NCBI GenBank assembly: GCA_000708835.1
Contig: DF237732.1
Coordinates: 1-33,205 of the forward strand
Source of the DNA: Klebsormidium nitens
Taxonomy: Eukaryota > Plantae > Klebsormidiophyceae
Length of the DNA stretch: 33,205 bases
Direction: 5' to 3'
Shown here piece after piece: positions 11,631 to 21,270 of the stretch. Position numbers and translations under genes: made by a program. Positions within the stretch are counted from its first letter, which is position 1, and each line of letters begins with the position of its first letter. The notes below the pieces were generated by a model, which did no database searches, had not been told where the DNA came from, and saw only the letters and a program-made list of their open reading frames with translations.

Positions 11631-12335
11631 CCAGTCCTGCATGGAAACATCTCATATAAGTACCTGGGATATCATATCAACATAAACCTGGACCTTAAAC
11701 AACAAGAGAAAGCAATGCTTGACAAGCTTAATTAAGCGTGCGCACTGTTCTACAGCCGTCAAAAACGACCTATCTCTTTGCATGAGGCCATCAGCTATGT
11801 CAACTCAGACTTGGTAAGTAAATTAAGATATCGCATGTACCTCATCCATTTCTCCAGAAAATCTCTTAAGAAATACGAAACGGCCCTGGTCAAGACAGTG
11901 AAATGTCTGGCAGGCCTCAAGATCGACCCTGCTACAGACCTCTTGATCGACCAAGGGCTCCAAAATCTGTTTACCCTGCAAGCCTGTGTTCGAGCAGAGT
12001 TCATGCAGTCTGCCCTCCAAACAGTTGACGCTCCATGCCGCATCACCTCCCAGATCAGCTACACCCACCTCCGAGCAGCAGTGGGCGGCACCGAACCCTT
12101 CTCAAACATGGGCCGCTCGATCAAATGGCCTGAGAGCAATATCTCCCCACTCTTCGGAGGCGTACGAAAACACCTGAACAAGATAAACATGTCTCTATTA
12201 GTCCTCTTTGACAGTAAAGCAGATCTCCCTCAAGCAGAAAGATCCGGCACACCCTGGCCCCAATCGCCTACGAACACCGAACAAGGCTGCTGGTCTGCAA
12301 AGGCCTCTCCGGTACCCAAGCAGACTCTTCCATAA
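11631..12335 (+). pseudogene. LINE ORF2 remnant: RT last motif and thumb region
   Basis: SYKYLGYHININLDL (RT terminal motif), then HEAISYVNSDLVSKLRYRMY...DQGLQNLFTL; in-frame TAA at 11733-11735. Confidence 0.8.
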
Positions 12336-12382
12336 CCTGACACTGGCCAGCCGGCTTACATGAGCTCGAAGACATATGCCCG

Positions 12383-13339
12383 TTGTTCGAAGTAATCCTG
12401 GCAGACTTGAACACGGACTCTGCCACTGAGCCCCGAGAAATTTGGGAAGATGAAAAAGGACGCAGGACACTCGATGCCACGGAAGTGCTACAGATCCGAA
12501 GTCCTGAACCCCCCTGCAGCATCCTACAGCCCGACCTTGTAATACCAGGGGCCAGCAGAGCCCAGAATCGACTCCTAAAACTATTACTGCGGATCCATCT
12601 TGAAAGCCTGCTAGCTCCCTTCTCCCGAGCAATAGTCCCGAACCCACAACGAGAAACGGTTGATAACTGGGGCATGTATAAAAAGCACACTCTGAATGTG
12701 ACCTCAGCATACCCAGATGGCAGTACAACAAAGGGCTGCAGCAGAGCCGGGTTTGGGATCTACTTCCCAGAATTGGAAGGGACAGAAGAATCGTACAAAA
12801 AGATCAGCTCTCGGATACCTGGCTGCCAAACAATTGCCAGAGCGGAAGGATATGGAGTCCTTGCCGCGTTCCTGCTCGCACGACAAGAGACAGATCTCAC
12901 GGTTCATTGCGACAGGAAACCCCTGGTCGACCAGATTAACCGATTCCGAGATGACCCCCCCCAACGATACGAAGTACAAAAACTCAAGGATAGATCCCTC
13001 CTCTTCAGAATCGTGAACAAAATCAAGCAGCGCTCCGGTGACACCCACATAATACATGTCAAGGCCCACATGCGCGATACCAAAGGAAACGATCAAGCCC
13101 AGACAGCCAGGACAACGGCCAGCCTCAACACCAATGAAGTTCACCAAGAACACAACAAAGTCGCAGACTATCGGGCCAAACTCAGCACATGTGCAATCAC
13201 CCCTGAAATCCCTGAAGAAACATCCCACCTACCACTAGTAGCAGTCCTAATAGACAGAGAAGCCCACAAAGGCGTAAGCCTGTCTTTGAAAACAATGCAC
13301 TACCTCTATACCAGAAAACTTACAAGGAACTACGTTTGA
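12383..13339 (+). pseudogene. LINE ORF2 remnant: RNase H (RNase H1-type)
   Basis: YPDGS (Asp 12716-12718), AGFGIYF, QTIARAE, VHCD, HVKAH and HNKVAD match the D-E-D-(H)-D RNase H signature. Confidence 0.9.
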
Positions 13340-15111
13340 ACTACCACATGAAAGGAAAGTGGCATCTGTACCTCTTTGAGCCAGGACTGTGGAACGAACC
13401 AACATTCTCAATTCTGCACGGGCGGAAAGACTACTTACTTCCGGAATTCCTTGTACAGGTGCTGGGACGTACTGTTCCCACCTTCCACCGACTAAAAATT
13501 GTCCGACCAGGGCTCTTTCCGGATTCAACCTGTCAGCTCTGCAAGCATGACGCAGATGAAAGCCTTGAGCACATTCTGTACAGATGCCCACAGTCCACAA
13601 AAGCACGAGAAACCCTGATACGTGAACTCCTGGCAATCCTCTGGAAATATCGGGTACAGAACGTAAACGAGGCCTGCAGACTGATGCTCACAAACATGTT
13701 CCTCGCCCCAAGTGAAGAGGTTGAGAGAAACAGATCAGCAGCACAGATTCCCCGAGCTATACAAGACTGGCTCCTTAATGAAGGGAAAATACCAGAGGAC
13801 ACCGCCTTGAAAATAGGACGAAAGTTCCATCGGAGCATTGCCACAGCCTTTCAAAAGATATGGCACAACAGGTGCAACGAAGCGAAACTAAAGAAGCTCT
13901 TATTCTTTAATAGAATGAAAATCTTCCCTGTACAAAAACCAGTACAGGAACTCACCGAAGATGACTACATCTTTTTTGCAGAAGCCTGGGCAAATCTGCA
14001 ATCTCAGCCTCAGTGCCACCCACAGAACGCCCCAGATGTTCAGTGGCCGCATACAAGGCAATCAAAAAGAGCCAAAACTGAGAAAGACATTGAACCCAAT
14101 AACCAGAATCCTACCTCAACACAGCCACGAGCCAAGACCAGCCCCACAGCAACAGGAGCCCCTGGACCGCAACACTGCCCTACTGCTGAAGCTTCGAAGC
14201 AGCTGCACAAAGTACAAACAAGATCAGTAGCTGCCCCAACGATGGACAAGGGAAACATTGGGATGAAAAGCCAAAGATTAATTCACCCAATATTCAGAAC
14301 CCAAGACCCCCACTTCAAAAATCTCCTGCACAGATCCAACGTCGCCGGGGATCGCAACTGTCTATACAGAGCCTTTCTACGAGCCACAAAAGCTGATGAT
14401 AGCAACCATGCAGCCTTGAGACGCAACTGTGTGGACCATATCACAAAACAATGGGACCGTTACAAGAAATACTGCAATCTCATACATAGAGAGTCGCCAG
14501 ACTTCCCGCTGCTCACCACTGAGCCCTTCAAAACATCCAGGGACTATGCACAGTACATGCTCCAAGATAGAAAATGGGGTTCAGACTTAGAAGCTATGGC
14601 CGCTGCAGAAATCTACCAGGTCCCAATACTGATATGGTCCAGCCGCTCCAAGGCCCACGGGTTTCTCATGAATCACAATCCTGACACGGCCCATCAAGGA
14701 GCGATACACCTGCTCCACTCAGTCAACCATTATGATGCCCTGATCCCCCTTTCAGAAACCAGCAACTGCTCTCAAACCAACTCTCTTGCCCAATCCAATG
14801 CCACACAAGCAAGCAATGAAAGATCAACCTTACAAATCTTGGACTCTCCAATCCTGAAACCACCGCAAAAAAAGCAGAAAACCAATGCCATGCCAGAGCA
14901 GAACTCACCTGCCAAAATGCAAGCTGACCCAGGCACCAACGAGCCCACCCTCAACCAAATGTGCAACCAACCCAAGGGCAAACTAGGCGAACCTGATGAG
15001 AGCCCTACAGCTCAGACTGGACAACCCCTACCCAAACCCCTTACTGCTCCCGCAGCGGGAAAACGCAAACTCCCTCCATACATGATAGAGATAGCTCTGA
15101 AGGGGCTCTGA
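13336..15111 (+). CDS. LINE ORF2 C-terminal part: CxxC...HxxxxC zinc finger plus OTU-family cysteine protease/deubiquitinase domain
   Basis: CQLC...HILYRC (13531-13587) and L1-like IWHNRC. OTU motifs GDRNCLYRA (Asp 14350, Cys 14359), KWG (14575-14580) and NHYDAL (His 14728). One 591-codon open frame. Confidence 0.88.
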   Translation: MNYHMKGKWHLYLFEPGLWNEPTFSILHGRKDYLLPEFLVQVLGRTVPTFHRLKIVRPGLFPDSTCQLCKHDADESLEHILYRCPQSTKARETLIRELLAILWKYRVQNVNEACRLMLTNMFLAPSEEVERNRSAAQIPRAIQDWLLNEGKIPEDTALKIGRKFHRSIATAFQKIWHNRCNEAKLKKLLFFNRMKIFPVQKPVQELTEDDYIFFAEAWANLQSQPQCHPQNAPDVQWPHTRQSKRAKTEKDIEPNNQNPTSTQPRAKTSPTATGAPGPQHCPTAEASKQLHKVQTRSVAAPTMDKGNIGMKSQRLIHPIFRTQDPHFKNLLHRSNVAGDRNCLYRAFLRATKADDSNHAALRRNCVDHITKQWDRYKKYCNLIHRESPDFPLLTTEPFKTSRDYAQYMLQDRKWGSDLEAMAAAEIYQVPILIWSSRSKAHGFLMNHNPDTAHQGAIHLLHSVNHYDALIPLSETSNCSQTNSLAQSNATQASNERSTLQILDSPILKPPQKKQKTNAMPEQNSPAKMQADPGTNEPTLNQMCNQPKGKLGEPDESPTAQTGQPLPKPLTAPAAGKRKLPPYMIEIALKGL

Positions 15112-15529
15112 AGGCTGCAGCAAAGAAACGTCTAAAGTCAAAGGCCTTCGGGCACGTAAGCCATACAGTCCCTAGGTCCCAAGCCCGATATGGCACCAAT
15201 GCCATCCAAAACGTAAATTATGCTAAGCAACGCCAATGCAGCCAGCTTGAAAGCAACCAGCACCCTGGACTGAGGGCGTGTAACCGCACTCAGGCCCAGA
15301 TGCCCATGCAGGCTCCTGCCAAGTCACAAAACTGATCGATGCCACTTGTCATACCAATCTCAAAGCCATCGCGTATCAAATCGGACAGACGCTTATACCA
15401 AGCATTGAAGACACAACACATAGCACCACGTAGACCACGAAAGGGAACTCGCGGAATCGCGTATGCCAGTCAGCAGTCTCCATATGATGAGCTGCTTGCG
15501 GCCAGAATATTACAATCCAAAAAAAAAAA

Positions 15530-15542
15530 TCATGGCATCTTC
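15530..15542 (+). repeat. Right target-site duplication of the LINE
   Basis: TCATGGCATCTTC directly after the A11 tail. Confidence 0.95.
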
Positions 15543-16623
15543 AAAATGCTTGCAAAATGCTTGGCCAGGCTTCAACTTCAAGTTCAAGTTCAAGTCACGT
15601 TCAATGTCAGAAACACAGAAAGCATGGCCGGGATGCATGGCATTGGCAACACACGCGCCACCATTGAAGATGCCGATCAAGCGCAAAGCGCTGGCCCTGG
15701 CTGTTCTAAATCTTAGTTTCTCAGATCCAGTAGAGGATTTGAAAAGGACCAGGTTATCGGAGCTGGACGATTAGAACCGGAAGACGCTCAAGGTCCTGCA
15801 GTTGCATCAGTGCCGGAACAACGTTGGGGGTCAGCGAACAAGACATGACAAGCCTCATGTTTCTGCTCTTCTTCCAAGACCTTGATGTAAAAAAGCTCGC
15901 ACGTTGGCTGCGCTGAAGTAGATTGAGAATCGGGTGCTCTTCATGAAGAATGCAACGTAAGTCGACAAACAGCTTTCCTCCCTTGGTTAATAATTTCCAC
16001 CATCTTCGCTTGCTAATGCTGAAAATGCATCATGCACATCACTGATATCTCCCCTAAATAATCTGGCACCAATGCTGGACTGGCGCTTGGGCGTAACACC
16101 AGCTGAGCTGGCTTCCATCAACATGTCCTGCCTTTAAGAAGGCGTCTTGTACAAACATACCAAAGTGCTTTCACTAAATTGTGTAAGAAGTTTATTCTAA
16201 GCTGCAAATTTCATGCAACAGCATTGCATATTGAGCTTGTTGGGGGTATTCTGATTGAGGAGCAGCCATGCCAAAGCAGTTACCAAATTGTTTCGCTGCG
16301 ATCTTTCTTGCATGTTAGCATAGTGAAATAGCCCTTGGGTACTTTTTGTCAAGGTTTTTGGAATGAGCATCTGTGGTCAGAGGATTCTGTTAGCACGATG
16401 TGTTTAGACAGATTGTCTTTTAGATTGTGATTCAGCAATGAGGGCCACTCGTCCTGTGTCGACATTGTTGGTAAGAAGAAGTGTTGCCTGCTCATAGACT
16501 GTGGAACAAGTTTGAAGCCGAGTCTACTCTCCTGCTCTCTGTTTAACTTCGCCCCACTCCTCGTCTGGTTGAGCAGCATGTCAATGTGGAATGCGCAAAT
16601 GAGACAGTCCGCGTCCTTTGCAG

Positions 16624-17063
16624 GTGACCGTTCACAGTGCCCTCCCCCTGCCAACCAATGACAACAACCGATCCGATTCCCGCCCCATGTACGCCAGGGC
16701 CGTTCCGAGCTTCCACGGACGGCCCTTAGACAGCAACATCGCGCTTCAGGGAGAGGCCAAGGGACTGGCCCTTGTGGACCTTCGCGCCCAGGTGCGGCTC
16801 TTCCTGAGCTGCACCGTGGAAGGCCCCGCCCTCGGGCAGCAACAGTGCCACGAGATGGCGCTGGTGCACTACTACAAGAGCTGCCCGCCATCGACAAGCT
16901 CACCAAGTGGGTGCAGCTGAAGTGGGAGGGCATGGCGCGCGGCGGTGAGTACAGGCTGGTCGACACCACCAACGTGCTCCGCGCCGTGCACGTCGTGCCG
17001 CGCAACGACCTGCCCGAGATCTTCTTCGTCAACCGGTTCCTGTTTCAGTACACACCCTGGTAA
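16624..17063 (+). pseudogene. Terminal exon of a Plavaka/CMC-like transposase, frameshifted
   Basis: Acceptor CCTTTGCAG|GTG at 16623/16624. Reads ARAVPSFHGRP...RAQVRLFL...MALVHYY, then after a 1-nt deletion (~16877) ELPAIDKLTKWVQLKW...YRLVDTTNVLRAVHVVP...FFVNRF..TAA. The pattern is recalled from Plavaka transposase C-termini. No upstream catalytic exons seen. Confidence 0.6.
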
Positions 17064-18379
17064 GGCCGTCTTTTTTCAACATTCAAAACGCTGATGGTAG
17101 AGGGGGTCTTCAGATCGATCTATTTTGAAAAGATGCAGCAGGATCGTCAGCCTTTCTCGTTGACCTGGGATCTGGAAGACTGCCGAATCTCTTTCTCGAG
17201 GGATGGCTTGAAGCCCGAACGTTACTGTGTAGATGTGCTATCGGTCCAAACGATAAGAGACTCGGCTTCTTCTGATGTCGTCATAGTCGGACACCTCCTC
17301 TGTAGCTGGTCCTCCGAAGTTCTTCATTTGCGCACCTCTATATATCCGGTTCCGAGGAAGGAAAACTTTTGCCAACGGAGCTCATCACCTTTCTGTAGAT
17401 GTAGGCCGTCCACCTCGACAAAAGCAACCAGCTGCTTCCGCCATGGATGAGCCACCAGACATCAGCCCCGAGGTACGTACTTGACACGCGTCATCAAATT
17501 CTGTGGGTTCTGCAGACATGCATCGTCTTCCTACTTGGGCGCTTTTCCTTTAACGGAAAAATCTTTGAGCGGAACCAACTTGGAAAGCGAACGCGTGACC
17601 TAAATGTCGCTCCTTGTTGTGTAGCTCTTTAGGTTTGAATCTGTCGCCGTGCTTCTTCCAATGTTTTCAAGCACCGAGGCGAGGAGGCCTCTTGCGGCAC
17701 CAGCTTTTTGGTAAAATCTCAAGGCCCAATTCAACTCTAAAGACGAATCTGTAGGACAGTGCAGTTTCGTCTCTTCCCTTCGTGTATGGCAACTTTTAAC
17801 AGTTCAGTTCTAGGAATACGAAGCTATGGTTTCTACTCCTCCTCTGCAGGTATACAACGCGTTGCAAACGTGTACAGCATGTTGCATCTCTTGCCTGCTC
17901 GCCTGCTCAAGCAAGTGTTGACGCCACTGGTTAATTCAAGCAAGCCAACAACTTCGAGCACGTGCATGCGCCGGTGAGGGCCCTCCTCCCTTCCTTACGT
18001 GCATGATGAAAGCGCGCCGACCTAACCAGGAAAATGAGGTTATCGAAGCACTCAGGAGGAATCCGGTCGACTGATTTCGAGACCCCACGAAGTTTTCGCT
18101 TGGGCTTGCACCTCTTCTGGTGGATTATGCAGGGCTTCGGGCGTTATTGCGAGTCGATCACTGATTTAGTTGCAAGCTCGGAATCCCCACCCGGCAAATC
18201 GTCTTTAGACCAGACCTTCCGGGTTTGAAATTCGAAATATCCCTCGTACCTCAGCGTAGACTCCTGGCCATTGTGTGCCTGTCTTTCCCTCAGCGCTAGC
18301 TCCTTCGGCAAAACCATCGACACATCCGAACACTGATTATTTTGTCCGAAACTCTGACCACATCTGACAGGTTCTCACC

Positions 18380-18690
18380 ACCTTCAATACCTGGCTGTTC
18401 CTGGCTCGTCTCTGGTCCGTCCTTCACTTGTTGTCTCTGCTGTCTCAGAACCGCTTTGTTACCGATCGTTATGAGCTCAGAGACTGCTTTACTGCAAGAG
18501 CCTTCCGTTAAAGGACAGCCCCTATTGTGCAGGTCATCCACGACTGCAAGCGCACGAGCGAAGCCTTCTTCTTCCGGCTCCAAGCTGCACGACACGTTCG
18601 ACCGCGCGGTGCGCGTATGCGCTGCTGGAGGAGCTCGGGGGCGGGCCACGTGTCATCGACCTGACGTGCATCTGATTCGTCAAGGCTGTA
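18380..18690 (-). pseudogene. Possible PPR-like repeat remnant
   Basis: Joining two frames gives SAYAHRAVERVVQLG / EEEGFARALAVVDDLHNRGCPLTEGSCSKAVSELITIG, loosely matching the PPR helix-turn-helix consensus. Requires a frameshift. Confidence 0.3.
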
Positions 18691-20810
18691 GTACACGACG
18701 CTACTGCGGTGAGATGTCGGCCAGGCAAACCGTGTTTTGCTTTCCCCCCAAATTGATGTTTATTCGGAGGGGACCACGGTCAACTTGTAGGAAGCGAGTT
18801 CCAATTGTTCGATTAGTCCGTCCGTGAGAATCCTTTCCGACTCCTGCAGCTACGTTGTCGTCCGATGGAAGTTCCAGGAGATGCCTTGTGCAATCTGCTA
18901 ACTAAATCCTTGGTCGGTCGAAACGAGTATGACGTCACATGTGCGGGGCCCGGTTGCAGAAGGCGAAGAGGCAAGAGATGCGGCCTCACTGGAAAAACGA
19001 AATAGGCATACCGCTGGCTGCCTTTCGTATATGTGTAATGTTCAACAAGTTTGAATGCGGACAGACCGACTTACCCGGACGCCAGCTCGAGCGGTACGGA
19101 ATATAGTCTCTTGAGCTGCACAGATTGAACACGTTCTTTCTCCTGGATTGCAGGCCGGAGTTACTAGGAGAGCCCTGCTGATGTGGCGGCCCATGACGGA
19201 GCTAATCAAGCGACTGGCGACAAACAGCGTGCAGCGCCTCTAGGTCAGTCCCAGTCGGCCGTGGAAATTCAGCTTCCGATTTTGTCAACGATGCTGCCAT
19301 CTCTGTCTTGTGTGCTAGATGATGCCAACATGTGTGATGCTTGGTCGCACGGTCAGCGATGCAAACCTGCACGCAAGGAGGGTGAGGTGGACATCGGAAA
19401 GTGGCTCTCCGAAACCGAACAAATTCTGGTCAAGTCATCCTCGGATCTCAGAATTTAAATCATTCCTGATCGGTTAACTTCGACTTCGTCTTGAAAGAAC
19501 GTCGACTTAAAAGGCAGTAAACGTCAACCGACGCTTCGGATGAGACTCTGCATAGCACCGTTTGCTGTCATTGCACAGGTCGTGGGATCCGAAACCACCA
19601 TCACTCTGAAAGTGATGGCTGACAGTCTTTCAGAATTATTGACTCGTCACCCGAAGCCAACTTGTAAAAGTCCTGACTTGGGGCGCGCTTTTGCAGCCAC
19701 GGCATGGTCGATCCATGAACAGCTCGTCGCAGTGCGGAAGCAAGGGTCGCGCGCGAGCCGCGGCCGCGCGCGCAGGCAACGGTGCGGAGGTGAGGCGATA
19801 CTGTTGGACTTTCGCCGCTGTGGTTCCTGTTCGGCGGGTTCCGTTTGGTTCAATCTACCATCGAACCGAAAGGCCCCAAGGGACAGTTACCGTGGGCTGA
19901 CACGTGGCAGTTTGTTGGACGTCTGGCAGACTTACGAGCCGCTAGCTTAGGACCCCTTTGAATTTCCGGACAGGATGGGGCGGGCGGGCTCGACAGGCTA
20001 GCAACGCTCTATGGTCGTTTTGGAGTGTGCACTTCCTTTAGTCTCGGTGTCTCCAACTTCCTTCTTTGGACTTCGCTGTTCCGAGTTTTCCTTTTTATCC
20101 TTGGAACAGCCGGTACTGAAGCTTGGTCTGGTACAAAGACATTATGAGAGCACAAGAAAGACACTGCCCACCTGCGTCCGCATCTTTATGCGTCCTTGAG
20201 TCTCTTGAGTGCGGAAGGCTTGATGAAAACTATGTTTTTCCAACGCAAGGGCCGCTATTTCAAGGCAAGGCCCTTGCTTTTCTGGCTCAGTGAGTTCGCC
20301 CTGCTTCTTTTCCAGACGTGTTCGCTAGAGTCGAGCCTGTTAAGTCACGCTCCTCTCGGTCTTACAATGCAGGCATCATGTTTCACTTGGGACAAGAAAG
20401 CTCTGGCGGCGGCGGTCTTCCACCAGCCGCGGACTTTCCCTTCCAATTTCGATGCTGGCATGCAACCGTGCCGTGGACGTTGGTGCTACTTTGTACCCCA
20501 GGACGCTGTGTAGCCTACCTTTGTGTTGTTGACGATGAATTGAGAAGGTGTCAATCCTTAAGTTGAATTGCACGAAGCTATCAATTCCGAGTTGGAGTGT
20601 GCATGTGGTTCATCAAGTACGAATTCCAAGAGGTGCAACGTTTTTGACACTCCTGTGCATCATTGACAATTGAAAGCATGCATAAATATTAGTCTAGGAT
20701 TGGTTTCGGCATGGTTATCGTGCAGAAACCTTGAATTTGGATACGATGTGAGAAGGCCGTAGTTTCCGGCCAGAACCAATTTCAATTTGGATTCCGGACG
20801 GTAGTCATGT

Positions 20811-21060
20811 GCATGGAAATCATCCAGATTCCGCATGGTTTTCAAACACGACTTCCATATAAAGTTGTGTTCGGTCTCCATACGAATGTTTCGTCTGGTT
20901 TCCATGCGAGCTCTTGGCCGGATTTCATTCGAAAACCGACTGTCTGATCTCCATGCCGGTATCGTGTGGACGCCGATCGAAACTTCCATGCATGGCGCCC
21001 GTTCGAGGTTCTACCGGCTCGAGCTTCGTATGCGTTCCATGCAGAAGTCGGGGGGGGGGG
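20811..21060. repeat. Cluster of dispersed TCCATRC/GCATGG motifs ending in a G11 run
   Basis: GCATGGAAA 20811, GCATGGTTT 20833, TTCCATAT 20853, CTCCATAC 20876, TTCCATGC 20900, CTCCATGC 20949, TTCCATGCATGG 20984, TTCCATGC 21035; G11 at 21050-21060. Confidence 0.7.
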
Positions 21061-21270
21061 TGTTTTGTGATGAAGCACCTGATTTTAGAACGTCGACAAG
21101 CATTTATTTGCAACACAAAGCCCGCGCAGATTCAAACACGGAGACCGAGCCTACGTATTGCGAGCTCCTCGAGCGAATTCGTAAAACGACGTCACATAAT
21201 CTAGCTTTCTGGGGCCCCTAGCTCTCAACACGATTTTATAGAAGGCATCCTCTAACATGTTCCCTTTCTA

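Larger units (their letters stand above)
11631..15529 (+). mobile_element. 5'-truncated non-LTR retrotransposon (L1-group-like; RT end, RNase H, zinc finger, OTU)
   Basis: 13-bp TSD and A11 tail (15519-15529). Starts inside RT at PVLHGNISYKYLG (YKYLG from 11655). 3' UTR 15112-15518. Carries at least two stops (11733, 12338) and two frameshifts (~12230, ~13336). Confidence 0.95.
11575..15762 (-). pseudogene. 276-nt exon split by the LINE insertion (halves 15762-15543 and 11630-11575)
   Basis: Removing 11631-15542 restores one frame SDNLVLFKSSTG...FCKHF|EDAMNGLSKKTNSEMI*DR between acceptor CTAATCGTCCAG (15763) and donor AG|GTACGT (11575/11574), phase 2 to 2. One TGA lies near the end; no domain recognised. 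Confidence 0.5.

Noticed and set aside
12198-13636. Several 129-177 aa minus-strand ORFs
   Set aside because: Antisense shadows of LINE ORF2 with no motifs or splice structure.
13590-13900. Possible restriction-like endonuclease after the zinc finger (Dualen/R2-type)
   Set aside because: No RH...PD-(D/E)xK pattern. The region instead has the L1-like G.IP...IW..RC ending.
3425-15529. YR plus RT plus RNase H read as one DIRS/Ngaro retroelement
   Set aside because: The RT/RNase H unit is on the opposite strand and has its own 13-bp TSD, poly(A) and LINE-type motifs. The YR is intron-rich and no split or inverted LTRs are seen.
16349-17032. 227-aa minus-strand ORF
   Set aside because: Mostly antisense to the Plavaka-like exon, with an R/P/G/S-rich composition typical of shadow frames.
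17094-20560. Several short stop-interrupted frames with occasional splice-like signals
   Set aside because: No recognisable motif or consistent exon chain. Probably decayed fragments, but not supportable as features.
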